Shown here: in pieces, positions 1-11,315 of the stretch | How positions within the stretch are numbered: the stretch's first letter is position 1 | Layout of the letters: every line of letters begins with the position of its first letter | DNA from: Tagaea sp. | GTDB taxonomy: Bacteria > Pseudomonadota > Alphaproteobacteria > CACIAM-22H2 | Assembly (NCBI GenBank): GCA_965279525.1 | Contig: CBDIIB010000004.1 | Coordinates: 64,001 to 128,000 of the forward strand | Direction of reading: 5' to 3' | DNA length: 64,000 nucleotides | Made by a program: the position numbers and the translations under genes | Notes under the pieces: generated by a model | What the model was told of the DNA's origin: nothing | The model's input: only the letters and a program-made list of their open reading frames with translations | Database searches by the model: none

Positions 1-32
1 TAGGCGCCGTCGACGTCGAGATGGATTGCCAT
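1..32 (-). CDS. 5' start of a gene running off the left edge (MAIHLDVDGA...), possibly enoyl-CoA hydratase/crotonase family
   Basis: ATG at 32-30 with AAGGAG RBS, directly downstream of the acyl-CoA ligase; only about 10 codons visible. Confidence 0.4.
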   Translation of the reverse strand, partial: MAIHLDVDGA

Positions 33-43
33 TCGTTGCTCCT

Positions 44-1558
44 TCAGATGCCCGGCCGCTTTCCGAAAGCCATCGCCGCGGCTTCCGCCGAAAGCCGCTT
101 GCGATCCGGCTTGTTGGTCGCCGCCAGCGGAATCTCGTCCCTGAACGAGACGAAGCGGGGATGTGCGAAGGCCGGTCCGTTCGCGAGCGCGAATGCCTTC
201 ACGTCGGCCTCCGTCGCGGCTGTGCCGGGCGTGCGGACCACGAAGGCGAAGGGAACGGTCCCCTTCACGTCGTCGGGTACCGGCACCACGCAGGCCTGAT
301 GGATTCCGGGCATCCGTTCGAGCAGGCGTTCGACCTCGCCGGGCCAGACGTTCTCCCCGCCGACGACGAACATGTCGTCCGCGCGCCCGACGAAATAGTA
401 GAAACCGTCCGCGTCCCGCCGGAAGATGTCGCCTGACCTGTACCAGCCGTCGCGCAGGACTTCGGCGGTCTTCGCAGGCAGGTTCTTGTAACCCTCCATC
501 ATCATCGGGTTGCGCATGTAGAGCACACCCTCGTCGGGTCCGGGGCCCTCGCGCAGTTCGACCTGGCTGCCCGGAACAGGATAGCCGCAGGCAAGCGGCG
601 GGCGCGGGATGCCGGCCGGATGGATGCCGAAGGGGGCCGGCCCCGCTTCGGTCGTGCCGTAGCTGTTGTTGATCAACGCCTTGGGGAAGATCGACTGGAC
701 CTTGTCGATCAGGGCCTGGGTGAGCGGCGCCGAGCCCATCGTAACGTTGGTCACCGAAGAAAAGTCCAGACCGCCGACAAGCTCGCGCTCGCGCGCGACG
801 AGCGCCAGCATCGTAGGCACCGAGGTCAGCCACGTCACCGCAAACCGCTCGATCGCCCGGGCATAGAGTTTGGCATCGAATGCCGGCAGCAGGACGATGC
901 TCGACCCGGCAGCAAGGGCACCCTTGATGCTGATCGTCGCGTTCATGTGGAACATCGGTGCACCGACGATATAGCGGTGGTGCGAACGGTCACCGTAGAG
1001 CTTCGCCGAGGTCTCCAGCGACCAGCGCTGTGAATCGTGAGACAGGAGAACGCCCTTGGGCATGCCGGTCGAACCCGACGTGTAGAGGATCATCGCCAGT
1101 TCGCGCGGATCGGGCTCGACCGTGTCGAAAGGACCGGGATCCCGGAGTGCTGCATAGCTTCCGTCGTCGAAACCGAAGCCGGGCAGCCCGGCCGGTCGCA
1201 AGTCCGCGCGGTCGCGGTCGTAGAAGACCGCGCGCAGGCCGGAGTCCGAAACGATATGGGCAACAGTCTCGCGTGCGAGCTTGAACGAGATCGGGACCGC
1301 GACCATGCCTGCACGCATGATGCCGAAATAGGCGTAGAGCAGTTCGAGCCGGTTCAGCGACATGATCCCGATGGCATCGCCGCGCGCGAAGCCCTGTGCC
1401 ACGAGCCCGCGGGCCACGGCATCGCACTCGCGATCGAAACTGGCATAGGTCGCCTCGCGCGGCGCGTTCCAGTCGGCAAGATCGATCAGCGCGATCTTGT
1501 CGGGCGAAACCGAGGCATCGAAACAGCGGCCGAGATTGCGGGATGGGATAGGCATCAT
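44..1558 (-). CDS. AMP-binding acyl-CoA synthetase/ligase
   Basis: YTSGSTGMPKG, YGTTE, SGD and GRADD motifs; start MMPIPS with GGAGA RBS (the ORF-track extension to 2767 is spurious). Confidence 0.9.
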   Translation of the reverse strand: MMPIPSRNLGRCFDASVSPDKIALIDLADWNAPREATYASFDRECDAVARGLVAQGFARGDAIGIMSLNRLELLYAYFGIMRAGMVAVPISFKLARETVAHIVSDSGLRAVFYDRDRADLRPAGLPGFGFDDGSYAALRDPGPFDTVEPDPRELAMILYTSGSTGMPKGVLLSHDSQRWSLETSAKLYGDRSHHRYIVGAPMFHMNATISIKGALAAGSSIVLLPAFDAKLYARAIERFAVTWLTSVPTMLALVARERELVGGLDFSSVTNVTMGSAPLTQALIDKVQSIFPKALINNSYGTTEAGPAPFGIHPAGIPRPPLACGYPVPGSQVELREGPGPDEGVLYMRNPMMMEGYKNLPAKTAEVLRDGWYRSGDIFRRDADGFYYFVGRADDMFVVGGENVWPGEVERLLERMPGIHQACVVPVPDDVKGTVPFAFVVRTPGTAATEADVKAFALANGPAFAHPRFVSFRDEIPLAATNKPDRKRLSAEAAAMAFGKRPGI

Positions 1559-1566
1559 GTTCTCCG

Positions 1567-3042
1567 TTATGCGGCTGCAGCCATGCGCCCGGCGATCCGC
1601 CCGCCGACGAAACTTTCCGCGATGTTCCCGCCCGACATGTAGAGATGGCCGAATACGCTGCCTAATTCGCCAGCGACATAAAGATTTGGCACCGGACTGC
1701 CGAACGCGTCGAGGACCCGCTGTTGCGGATCGTGGGCGAGCCCACCCTGCGTGTTCGAGACGATCGGCCAGACGGCGGCTGCCGAGAAGGGTGGTGTGGC
1801 GATCGGCACCATGCTGCCGGGCGGCCGGCCATAAGCATCGTCCCGGCCGGCAGCACATGCTTCGTTCCATGCGGCGACTGTCCGCTCGAAGGCTGCTGGA
1901 TCGATGTCGAACTTCGCGGCGATTTCCGGGAGCGTGTCGGCCTGCGTCAGGATGCGGGCATCGAAATCCCGCGGCGTGCTGTCGCGATACTTCGCGGCCA
2001 CGCCGGCATCGTTCCAGGTTGGCGCGCTTAGCGGATAGCGCTCGCGGCCCTTGGCATCGATCAGCATCAGGGATGGAACGCGCGGAAAGCACTGGCGGAC
2101 CGGGTCGAAGTGTTCGAGCGCGCGATGCCCGGTATCCTGCATGTAGGGATCGTATTCGTTCATGAAGCGCCGCCCGTCGCGGTCGACGAGGATCCATGTC
2201 ATCGCGATGTCCTCGCGCAAGCCATCCGCCGGGTTCCAATCGGGCAGCCGCTTGACGCGCACACCGAATGGATAGGCCGGGTCGGGATGCCGGAAGCCGT
2301 ACGACCCGTGAAAGTGCCACATGTGCCAGAGCTGCGCGCCGGCGGCCTGCCCCATGCGGATGCCGTCGCCGGTGTTGAACGCCACGGCGGCCGACAGGAC
2401 GGGCTTCAGCACCCAGTGCTGGAGCTGCAAGGCCGGGTCGGCTTCGAAGCCGCCGCACGCGAGGACAACGCGGCGTGCCGGAATCGCCGTTCCGCCGGCG
2501 ACGATGCCGGCGGCGGCACCGCCGGCCAGGACGAGCCGCTCGACGGGCGTGCCGAGCCGTACCTCGATGCCGCGCCGTTCGACGTTGCGGCGCACGACTT
2601 CGAAAATACGCGCACCGGCCGGCGATCCGCGGACGTCCGGATAGCTCCGGGCGGGATCGAAGCCCGGGAAATCCTCGACATAGGCAAATCCGAATGTCCG
2701 GTAGCCGGGCAACGGATAATTCGCCGGCGAGGGCCGCACGTCGAGTTTCGCGCCGACCGGTTCGCACAGGGTGCGCGCAAACTCGGCAAGCCCGGCCATG
2801 CCATTCGCCAGCTCGGCAAGGACGGGCTCCGGCGTGGTCCCGGCGTTGGTGGCGACAAGATAGGCAAGTGCTTCGTCCGCGTTTCCGGCAATGCGCAGGC
2901 CGCCGGCCGAGCAGACCGAGATGCCGCCGGGAACCTTGCCTTTCTCGACGATCAGCACGCGCGCACCCGCATCGTGCGCGGCGATCGCCGCCACGCCGCC
3001 GGCAAAGCCATAGCCCACGACGATGACATCGTACCTGGTCAA
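1567..3042 (-). CDS. FAD-dependent oxidoreductase, FAD_binding_2 family (fumarate reductase/3-ketosteroid dehydrogenase-like flavoprotein)
   Basis: DVIVVGYGFAGG, LACGGF, NTGDG and LYVAGE motifs. Confidence 0.85.
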   Translation of the reverse strand: MTRYDVIVVGYGFAGGVAAIAAHDAGARVLIVEKGKVPGGISVCSAGGLRIAGNADEALAYLVATNAGTTPEPVLAELANGMAGLAEFARTLCEPVGAKLDVRPSPANYPLPGYRTFGFAYVEDFPGFDPARSYPDVRGSPAGARIFEVVRRNVERRGIEVRLGTPVERLVLAGGAAAGIVAGGTAIPARRVVLACGGFEADPALQLQHWVLKPVLSAAVAFNTGDGIRMGQAAGAQLWHMWHFHGSYGFRHPDPAYPFGVRVKRLPDWNPADGLREDIAMTWILVDRDGRRFMNEYDPYMQDTGHRALEHFDPVRQCFPRVPSLMLIDAKGRERYPLSAPTWNDAGVAAKYRDSTPRDFDARILTQADTLPEIAAKFDIDPAAFERTVAAWNEACAAGRDDAYGRPPGSMVPIATPPFSAAAVWPIVSNTQGGLAHDPQQRVLDAFGSPVPNLYVAGELGSVFGHLYMSGGNIAESFVGGRIAGRMAAAA

Positions 3043-3794
3043 GTGCCGAGCGCCCGCAGTCCTACGACGAGCTCGCCGACCATTGTCGCCAGCACCGTCC
3101 GGCCCTTCTCTGCGGTCGCCGCGCGCGGGTCGCCGCGCACGCCCGAAACGCTGTGGTCGGGGCCGGCGGCGGGATCGTCGCGGAAGATCGACGGCACGTA
3201 GAAGACCGTGTTGGGCTCGCTCAGCATGTTGCCGTAATCCTCGACCGCGCGGTCGAGATGCACCCGCTCGGGTGCGATCGCCATGACGACCGACGTTTCC
3301 ATCTCGTCGGCATGCCCGCCCAGCTTCTGGCGCATCAGGCCGCGATTGGCGCTTCCGAGTGCGCGGATATTGGCAACGGGGATGCGTACGCCCTTCTTTT
3401 CGAGTGTTTCGCGCACGACGACGGTGACTGGCCCCTCGGTCGACACGCCGGTGTTCACGATGGCGATGCGTCGCGCCTTGTGCCGGATCAGCCCGTCGAC
3501 GATGTCGTGCAGCACGGCGGCGAAGGTTTCCGGGCGCAGATGCTGGCTACCGGGGTAGCCGACAAAGGCGGGGTAGTAGCCGAAATCGACGACCGGCGCG
3601 ACGAGCACGGGAAGTTCCTTCGCAACACCGTCGCACAGCGCGCGGGCGACGAGATAGTCGGTCTGCATGGGCAGATGCGGTCCGTGTTCCTTCGCGCGCG
3701 CACCGATGGGGATCAGGACGGTCGCCTGCTCGATCCGGGCGGCGACTTCCGGCCAGGTCAGGTCCTCGATCCAGGCCCCAGGTGTGTCGGTCAT
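3039..3794 (-). CDS. Creatininase-family amidohydrolase
   Basis: LTWPEV, EHGPHLPMQTD, GGHADEMETS and GVRGDPRAATAEKG motifs. Confidence 0.85.
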   Translation of the reverse strand: MTDTPGAWIEDLTWPEVAARIEQATVLIPIGARAKEHGPHLPMQTDYLVARALCDGVAKELPVLVAPVVDFGYYPAFVGYPGSQHLRPETFAAVLHDIVDGLIRHKARRIAIVNTGVSTEGPVTVVVRETLEKKGVRIPVANIRALGSANRGLMRQKLGGHADEMETSVVMAIAPERVHLDRAVEDYGNMLSEPNTVFYVPSIFRDDPAAGPDHSVSGVRGDPRAATAEKGRTVLATMVGELVVGLRALGT

Positions 3795-4882
3795 AGGTAA
3801 AGCTCCAGGAAGCGGCGGATGTCGGGTGCCCAGATATGCTGGGCGTTGCTTTCGAACAGATGACCCTCCCATGGCAGGAAGCCATAGGGCGGGTAGATCT
3901 TCGACCAGACGATGCGGCCGTTGCCGGCCAGCGATGCCGCCAGTTCCTTGGTCGGCCGGATGCTGTAGTCGTTCTCGGCCTGGATCAGGAAAAGCGGCAT
4001 CTTCACGCGGGATGCGGCACCAAGCATCAGCTCCCGCAGCTTTGGCGTGTTGTCCCAGTTCATGGCCGCACCGGCGAAGTCGATAGCGCAGGTGAAGCGG
4101 TCGGTCTTCGAGGCGGCGAGCAGCGTGGTGGTCCCGCCGAAGGACGAGCCGAACACGCCGACATGTTCGGCGCGGATCTCCGGCATAGCTGCAACGTAAT
4201 CGAGTGCGGCAAGAATGTCGGCACTTTCGCGATCGAGGCGCGTGGAGACCTGCTCGTCGTATTCGGGCGTGCCGAAAGGGGCGCTGGCTTCCTCGCGCCA
4301 GCCGGGGCCGGGCGAATTCCCGTAGCCGCGCCGGTGCGGCAGGAACGACGCGATGCCCCACGACATCAGCAGGGCCGCCCCTTCAGGCCGGCTCACGTCG
4401 AGCGAGCCCTGCTGGATGCCGCTGCCATGATTGCGGATCAGGCAAGGAAAGGGGCCGGCGCCGGGCGGAAGGTAGAGATAGCCCGCAAGCTCGCGCCCGT
4501 CGGACATGAATTTCACCTCGCGCGGCACGATGGGCAGGCCGTGCAGTTCGACCGGCCGGATGCCGTTTGCAAGCGGTGCGTCGTCCTCGACGACGACCAC
4601 ACGGTCGAACGCGTCGATATTCGTACCCATTTCCTTGCGGACCGCCTCGAACGCCGGGCTTGCCGCGCGCGCGACCAGATCGACGTCGTGGCTGGCCTTG
4701 TCCGGAAAATCGCACTCCCACGTCACGTCCGGTACGCGGCCGGTGCTGCCTTCGGCGCGCACGAAGACGCGCCCGGAACGCAGGCCGATGGACAGGCGAA
4801 CCGCGCAGGCCCGCCGGCGGGTCGCGAGGACGGCTTCTGCGCGCCCGGGTTTGGCGAAATAGTGCGTGCGTTCGATCAGCAT
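3791..4882 (-). CDS. Fusion of an N-terminal NIPSNAP/ABM-like small domain and an alpha/beta hydrolase (dienelactone hydrolase/S9-like)
   Basis: N-terminal ERTHYFAKPGRAEAV...WECDF; C-terminal NHGSG, GSSFGG nucleophile elbow, END and GH. Confidence 0.75.
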   Translation of the reverse strand: MLIERTHYFAKPGRAEAVLATRRRACAVRLSIGLRSGRVFVRAEGSTGRVPDVTWECDFPDKASHDVDLVARAASPAFEAVRKEMGTNIDAFDRVVVVEDDAPLANGIRPVELHGLPIVPREVKFMSDGRELAGYLYLPPGAGPFPCLIRNHGSGIQQGSLDVSRPEGAALLMSWGIASFLPHRRGYGNSPGPGWREEASAPFGTPEYDEQVSTRLDRESADILAALDYVAAMPEIRAEHVGVFGSSFGGTTTLLAASKTDRFTCAIDFAGAAMNWDNTPKLRELMLGAASRVKMPLFLIQAENDYSIRPTKELAASLAGNGRIVWSKIYPPYGFLPWEGHLFESNAQHIWAPDIRRFLELYL

Positions 4883-4892
4883 CGGGTTTCCA

Positions 4893-5827
4893 TCAGTTCG
4901 GGAAATGGCAGCGGACGAGATGGCTGGCGCGGCGTTCGGCAAGGATCGGATCCTCGACCCGGCAGCGCGCCTGCGCCTTGGGACAGCGCGGATGGAAATG
5001 GCATCCGGTCGGCCGGTCCCGCGCGCTCGGAATCTCGCCGGCAAGCGGCGGCGGCGCAATGGAATCCGCCGTCGGTTCGGGGACGGCCGCGATCAGCGCC
5101 TGCGTATAGGGGTGGGCGGGCCGCTCGAAGATGTCGGCTTCGCTGCCAAGCTCGACGATGCGGCCCAGATACATCACGGCAACCCGGTCGCCGACATGCC
5201 GGACGGCGCCCAGATTGTGCGAGATGAACAGCATGCTCAATCCGAAGCGCGCACGCAGGTCGCGCAGCAGGTTCAGCACCTGGGCCTGGACGGACACGTC
5301 GAGCGCCGACGTCGCCTCGTCGCAGACGACGATGCGCGGATTGGAGGCAAGGGCACGCGCGATCGCGATGCGCTGGCGCTGGCCGCCCGAGAAAGCATGG
5401 GGATAGCGTTCGCCGGCATCCGCCGGCATGCCGACGACCGATAGCATCTCGCCGACCCGCTGAGCGCGCGCCCCGGCGTCGACACCTGCCGCGCGCATCG
5501 GCTCGGCAACAATGTCGCGAACGCGCATGCGGGGATTGAGCGAGGAAACCGGATCCTGGAACACGGCCTGGATCTGGCGGCGCAGCGGGCGCATGCGCGA
5601 TTCGTCGAGGTCGGTGACATCCTGCCCCGCGATCTCGATGCGGCCGGCGGTGGCGGGCAGGAGCTTGAGGATCATGCGGGCAAGCGTGCTCTTGCCGCAG
5701 CCGGACTCGCCGACCACGCCCAGGGTCTCTCCTTCGGCCAGCGTGAAGCTGACGTCCTCGACGGCGACAAGCGGGCGCGCGCCGCCGCCGAACGTGCGGC
5801 CGAGGCCGCTGACCTTCAGCACGTCGC

Positions 5828-5831
<4 letters not shown>
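4893..5831 (-). CDS. Oligopeptide/dipeptide-type ABC transporter ATP-binding protein
   Basis: GESGCGKS, FSGGQRQR and CHFHPRC motifs; GTG start overlaps the upstream stop. Confidence 0.9.
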
Positions 5832-6823
<992 letters not shown>

Positions 6824-7696
6824 CTAGCGCCCCTGCAGCTTGGGATCGAGCGCGTCGCGCAGGCCGTCGCCCAGAAGATTGAACCCGATGATCGTCGTGC
6901 CGAGCGCCAGGCTGCCGAACAGCGCGAGATAGGGGTCCGTCCGCAGGGCGGGCAGGCCGTCGCGGATCATGCCGCCCCAGCTTGCCTGCGGCTCCTGGAT
7001 GCCGAGGCCGAGGAAGGAGAGTGTGGCCTCCGCCATGATGATGAAGCCCACGCCGACCGACGCGCGCACCAGCAGCGGTGCCGCGATGTTGGGCAGGAGA
7101 TGGCGCCAGAAGATCATCGCCGTCGAAGTACCTGCGACGATGGCGGCGTCGATATAGAGTTCCTCGCGGATCACGAGCACGAACGAGCGCGTCAGGCGCG
7201 TGATGCCGGGCCACCAGACGAGGGCAAGGGAGACGACGACGGTCAGCGGGCCTGTTCCCATCACGGAAGCGACGAGGATCGCGATGACGACCTCCGGGAA
7301 GGCGAGCATGATGTCGACGATCCGCATCAGGATCGAATCCGTGCGCCCGCCGACATAGCCCGCGAGCATGCCCAGGGTCGTTCCAACGGCGAGCGTGATC
7401 GCGAGAACCGCGCCTGCGACGAGCAGCGAAGTCTGCGCGCCGGCGATCAGGCGGCTGAGGATGTCGCGTCCCAGCTTGTCCGTTCCCAGAAGATTCGGGC
7501 TTCCGGGCAGGGCCCACGTATTGAAAAGGTCGGTCTCGTCCGGCGGATGCGGCGTCAGCAACGGCGCCAGCAGGGCGATCGCGACGACGAATGCGACGAT
7601 GGTGCCGCCGATGACCACGTTGCGCTGGCGGGCAAGCCGGCGTGCCAGCCGGCGCCAGTCGAGGCCCGCGGCAGGCGCCGTGGTGGCCGAACTCAT
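6824..7696 (-). CDS. Peptide-type ABC transporter permease (DppC-like)
   Basis: LGTDKLGRD and NLLGDGLRDALDPK motifs; TM segments. Confidence 0.9.
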   Translation of the reverse strand: MSSATTAPAAGLDWRRLARRLARQRNVVIGGTIVAFVVAIALLAPLLTPHPPDETDLFNTWALPGSPNLLGTDKLGRDILSRLIAGAQTSLLVAGAVLAITLAVGTTLGMLAGYVGGRTDSILMRIVDIMLAFPEVVIAILVASVMGTGPLTVVVSLALVWWPGITRLTRSFVLVIREELYIDAAIVAGTSTAMIFWRHLLPNIAAPLLVRASVGVGFIIMAEATLSFLGLGIQEPQASWGGMIRDGLPALRTDPYLALFGSLALGTTIIGFNLLGDGLRDALDPKLQGR

Positions 7697-8631
7697 GCCT
7701 GCACCATGCGCTGGCGGATGCGCGGATCGATGATCGCGTAGGCGACATCGACCAGCAGGTTGATCAGCACGAAGAAAGCCGTGAACAGCATGACGATGGC
7801 CATCGCGACGGGATAGTCGCGTGCGAATACCGAATCGATCGCCATCCGGCCAAGGCCCGGAATGTTGAATATCGTCTCGACGACGAATGTTCCGCTGATG
7901 AGTCCGCCGAAGATGATGCCCATCGAGGTCAGCAGCGGGACCATGATGTTGCGCAACGCATGGCGCAGGATCACGACCGGTTCGCTCAAGCCCTTCGCCC
8001 GGGCCGTGCGGATGTAATCCTGCCCGAGCACTTCCAGCATGAACGTGCGGGTGAGGCGGGCGATATAGGCCGCACTCGGGATGGTCAGGATCAGGACCGG
8101 CAGCACGGCCTGGTCGAGACGGCCCCAACCGGCGACCGGCAGCACGCCGAGCTTGATCGCGAACGCATAGACGAGAAACGTCGCGACGGCGAAATTCGGG
8201 ATCGACAGGCCGGCAACGAGCACGAGGATGATCGCCGTGTCGGTCGCCGTGTTGCGCCGGATCGCCGCGATCACGCCGGCAAGCGTGCCGACGGAGGCGC
8301 CGAGGCCGAGTGCGGCCATCGCCAGGAGCGGGCTGATCTTCAGCCCGTCCTGCAGCACTTCGACGACGGGGATCCGGACATAGCGGTACGACATGCCGAA
8401 ATCGCCGGTCAGGATGCCGCCGACATAGACGGCAAACTGCTCCCACATCGGCCGGTCGAGGCCGTATTCGGCACGCAGCCGGGCGGCCATCTCCTCGTTC
8501 GAGGAGTGGTCGCCCAGCATCACCATGACGGGATCGCCCGGCAGCGCGTAGGTGGCAAGAAACGTCGCGACGAGCACCACCGCAAGCACCGGCACGATCA
8601 TGACCAGCCGCCAGACGACGAACCGCAGCAT
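7693..8631 (-). CDS. Peptide-type ABC transporter permease (DppB-like)
   Basis: PGDP, YIRTARAKGL and DPRIR motifs. Confidence 0.92.
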   Translation of the reverse strand: MLRFVVWRLVMIVPVLAVVLVATFLATYALPGDPVMVMLGDHSSNEEMAARLRAEYGLDRPMWEQFAVYVGGILTGDFGMSYRYVRIPVVEVLQDGLKISPLLAMAALGLGASVGTLAGVIAAIRRNTATDTAIILVLVAGLSIPNFAVATFLVYAFAIKLGVLPVAGWGRLDQAVLPVLILTIPSAAYIARLTRTFMLEVLGQDYIRTARAKGLSEPVVILRHALRNIMVPLLTSMGIIFGGLISGTFVVETIFNIPGLGRMAIDSVFARDYPVAMAIVMLFTAFFVLINLLVDVAYAIIDPRIRQRMVQA

Positions 8632-8646
8632 GTGCGGGTTACGCCT

Positions 8647-10197
8647 TTACTTGATCTCCGTCGTTATGAAGCGGTCGAAGCCGAAGGGCGTGATGGAAGC
8701 GTTCGTCACGTTGGGCTTGATGAGCGCTACGTTCGCGGGCATGGGAAGGGGGGCCGCACCCATGTCTTCGATATAGACCAACTCGGCCTGCCGGTAGAGC
8801 GCGAAGCGCTTCGGGTTGTCGACGGTGCCGACGGCTTCGTCGATCAGCGCATCATACTTGGCATTGCTCCAGCGTCCCCGGTTATACGGGCTCTTCGAGT
8901 GCCACATCTGCTGGAGATAGTACATCGCGTCCGGATAGCCCGACGTCCAGCCCCAGGGGAAGAACGCGATCTCGCCGGCGTTCATCCCGCGGATGAAGGT
9001 GGCGCGCTCCGCGACGTTGACGTTCACCTGCATGCCCAGCGTGCGGTTCAGCTCGTTGGCATAGTAGGTGAGCTCGTCCTTGAAGACGGCCGTGCAGGTG
9101 ATGTCGATCGGCGGCAGCCCCCGGCCGCCCGGATAGCCTGCTTCGGCAAGCAGCTTCTTGGCACCTTCTGGATCGTATTTCGGCTTGGGCAGGTCGGCGA
9201 AATAGCCGGCCACGCCCGGCGTCGTGACGCCGTGGAGCTGGAAGGCGGCGTTGTCGTAGAAGCCGCGGATCATCGCGTCGCGGTTGATCGCCATCGAGAT
9301 CGCCTCGCGCACGCGCTTGTCCTTGAACGGCGCGTAGACGTTGGCGTTCATGCCGAGATAGCGCGACTGCGCGCGCGGCACGACATGGCGCTCTTTCTGC
9401 TTGCTGGCGTCGCGCATCACGCGACGCAACGTGTTCTCCTGCACGTCGAGAAAGTCCAGCTCGCCGGCTTCGTACTGCGACAGTGCCGTGTCGCCGCTGG
9501 GGATGACGAGGAAGCGGATGCCGTCGATCTTGGGCGAACCGGCCCAGTACGCCTTGTTCGCCTCGATCTCGACATGCACGCCGCGGCGCCATTCCTTGAA
9601 CTTGTAGGGGCCGGTGCCGGCCGAGACGCTACGGACCCAATCCACGCCCTTTTCAGCGACGATGCCGGAATCCATGAACCAGATCGGATAGATCGGGAAC
9701 AGCACGTCGGGCTTCGTGAAGCGCACTTCGATCGTGTGGTCGTCGACGATCTTGATTCCGGTAAGCTCCTTGGTCGTCCCGGCCTTGACGGCCGCAACAC
9801 CGATGATGTTGGCGACGTAGCCGGCTCCGAGGCCCGCCTTGGTATCGGGGGCGGCGAGCTGCTCCATCGTGTACTTCACGTCCTTGGCCGTGAAGGCCCG
9901 GCCGCTGTGGAACTTGACGTTCTTGCGCAGATTAAAGCGGAACCCGTGTTCGCCCGGCAGGGCGGTCCAGGATTCGGCAAGCACGTTGATGATCTTGCCG
10001 TCCGGCGTGTAGTCCGTGAAACCTTCGTAGACATTGCGGATGACGCGGCCGGCGATGATCTCGGAATAGGTGATCGGATCCATCATGGCCGGATCGCCGG
10101 TGACGTTGATCCGGAGCGTCTTCGCGTCGACCGGGGTGGTCAGTGCCAGGGCCGCCAGCATGACGGCAAACGCGCTGCTGATGTACTTCATCGCCAT
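8647..10197 (-). CDS. ABC transporter substrate-binding protein, family 5
   Basis: Signal peptide; LAESW, VKFHSG and GTGPY motifs. Confidence 0.9.
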   Translation of the reverse strand: MAMKYISSAFAVMLAALALTTPVDAKTLRINVTGDPAMMDPITYSEIIAGRVIRNVYEGFTDYTPDGKIINVLAESWTALPGEHGFRFNLRKNVKFHSGRAFTAKDVKYTMEQLAAPDTKAGLGAGYVANIIGVAAVKAGTTKELTGIKIVDDHTIEVRFTKPDVLFPIYPIWFMDSGIVAEKGVDWVRSVSAGTGPYKFKEWRRGVHVEIEANKAYWAGSPKIDGIRFLVIPSGDTALSQYEAGELDFLDVQENTLRRVMRDASKQKERHVVPRAQSRYLGMNANVYAPFKDKRVREAISMAINRDAMIRGFYDNAAFQLHGVTTPGVAGYFADLPKPKYDPEGAKKLLAEAGYPGGRGLPPIDITCTAVFKDELTYYANELNRTLGMQVNVNVAERATFIRGMNAGEIAFFPWGWTSGYPDAMYYLQQMWHSKSPYNRGRWSNAKYDALIDEAVGTVDNPKRFALYRQAELVYIEDMGAAPLPMPANVALIKPNVTNASITPFGFDRFITTEIK

Positions 10198-10288
10198 TCT
10201 CCTTGCGCGTCCGGCACGGGGGCGCCGGAAACTCGTTAAGCGCAAATACTGCGTCCTATTGTGCGGTGCGTCAACGCGCTCCTGAAGG

Positions 10289-11302
10289 TTACGGAGCGAC
10301 GATCACCTTGCCAAAAACCCCCCGTTCGTCGAGGAGCCGCATCGCATCTCCGGCGCGCTCCAGGGGGAAGCGCTCGGGGTGAAGGACGGGCGTCAGGCTC
10401 CCGTCCTTGACCATTTCCAGAAGGGCAAGCACGTCGGCGCGGCCCCAGCCGTTCGATCCGACGATATTGAGCTCGAACGTCCAGATGAAGCGGATATCCT
10501 CGGGCGGATCGTAGCCGGCTGTGGCACCGCACGTCAGCATGCGGCCGTCGCGGCGCAGTACGCGGAGCGCCTTGGTCCAGGTCTCGCCGCCGGTGAAATT
10601 GACGACCACGTCGACGCCGCCTTCGTCGCGCCGGGACGTCCGCGCGCGGCCAAACAGCCGGTGGCACTCCGCTACCCAATCCGCCGTCGCATAGTTGATC
10701 GCGACATCGGCACCCAGGGCACGCAGATGGTCGAGCTTCGCATCGCTGGAGGCGCAAGCCACCACGCGTGCGCCGGCGCGGCGGGCCAGCTGCACGCAGC
10801 AGGTTCCCACGCCGCCCGAAGCGCCCAGGATCAGGATGGTCTCGCCGGCGCGCAGTTTTCCGCGCTCCAGCACCATGCGATGCGCGGTGCCATAGGCCGT
10901 GGGCAGGGCGGCCGCCTCGGCATAGCCGATCGCCGGATCGAGCGGAATGCACATGTGCGCCGGGACGCGGACGAGTTCGGCAAGGCCGCCATCGAAGGTC
11001 TCGCCCATGAAGCCGCGCCCGACGCGGTCGATCGGGTCGACCAGCACCCGGTCGCCCGGACGCAGGTCGGTGACGTCGCTGCCGACGGCGGCAATGTCGC
11101 CGGCCGCGTCAATCCCCATAATGAGCGGAAAGGGGATCTTGATCCCGGGCATGCCCTTGCGCGAGAAGACGTCGTGGTAGTTGAGCGCGCACGCGCGCAC
11201 GCGCACGATTACGTCGCCGGGACCGGGCTGTGGATCGCGGTAGCTTGCCTCGAATGTCAGCTTCTCGAGGCCACCATGTTCGCGGATGACGACGGCACGC
11301 AT
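10289..11302 (-). CDS. MDR-family (zinc-binding ADH/quinone oxidoreductase-like) oxidoreductase
   Basis: ALNYHD, GASGGVG and FGKVIV motifs. Confidence 0.88.
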   Translation of the reverse strand: MRAVVIREHGGLEKLTFEASYRDPQPGPGDVIVRVRACALNYHDVFSRKGMPGIKIPFPLIMGIDAAGDIAAVGSDVTDLRPGDRVLVDPIDRVGRGFMGETFDGGLAELVRVPAHMCIPLDPAIGYAEAAALPTAYGTAHRMVLERGKLRAGETILILGASGGVGTCCVQLARRAGARVVACASSDAKLDHLRALGADVAINYATADWVAECHRLFGRARTSRRDEGGVDVVVNFTGGETWTKALRVLRRDGRMLTCGATAGYDPPEDIRFIWTFELNIVGSNGWGRADVLALLEMVKDGSLTPVLHPERFPLERAGDAMRLLDERGVFGKVIVAP

Positions 11303-11315
11303 CGGCTCTCCTTAT

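Noticed and set aside
1559-2767. N-terminal extensions in the ORF track (acyl-CoA ligase to 2767, ABC ATPase to 7748, iolC to 39427, pgaC from 33063)
   Set aside because: They overlap upstream genes in other frames and are Arg/Pro-rich noise; true starts have RBSs or coupled stops further downstream.
7642-10239. 865-aa plus-strand ORF and many other long antisense or alternate-frame ORFs (e.g. 26376-28232, 31942-33849, 47621-49333)
   Set aside because: Shadow ORFs of high-GC genes; no motifs, and they overlap well-supported CDSs.
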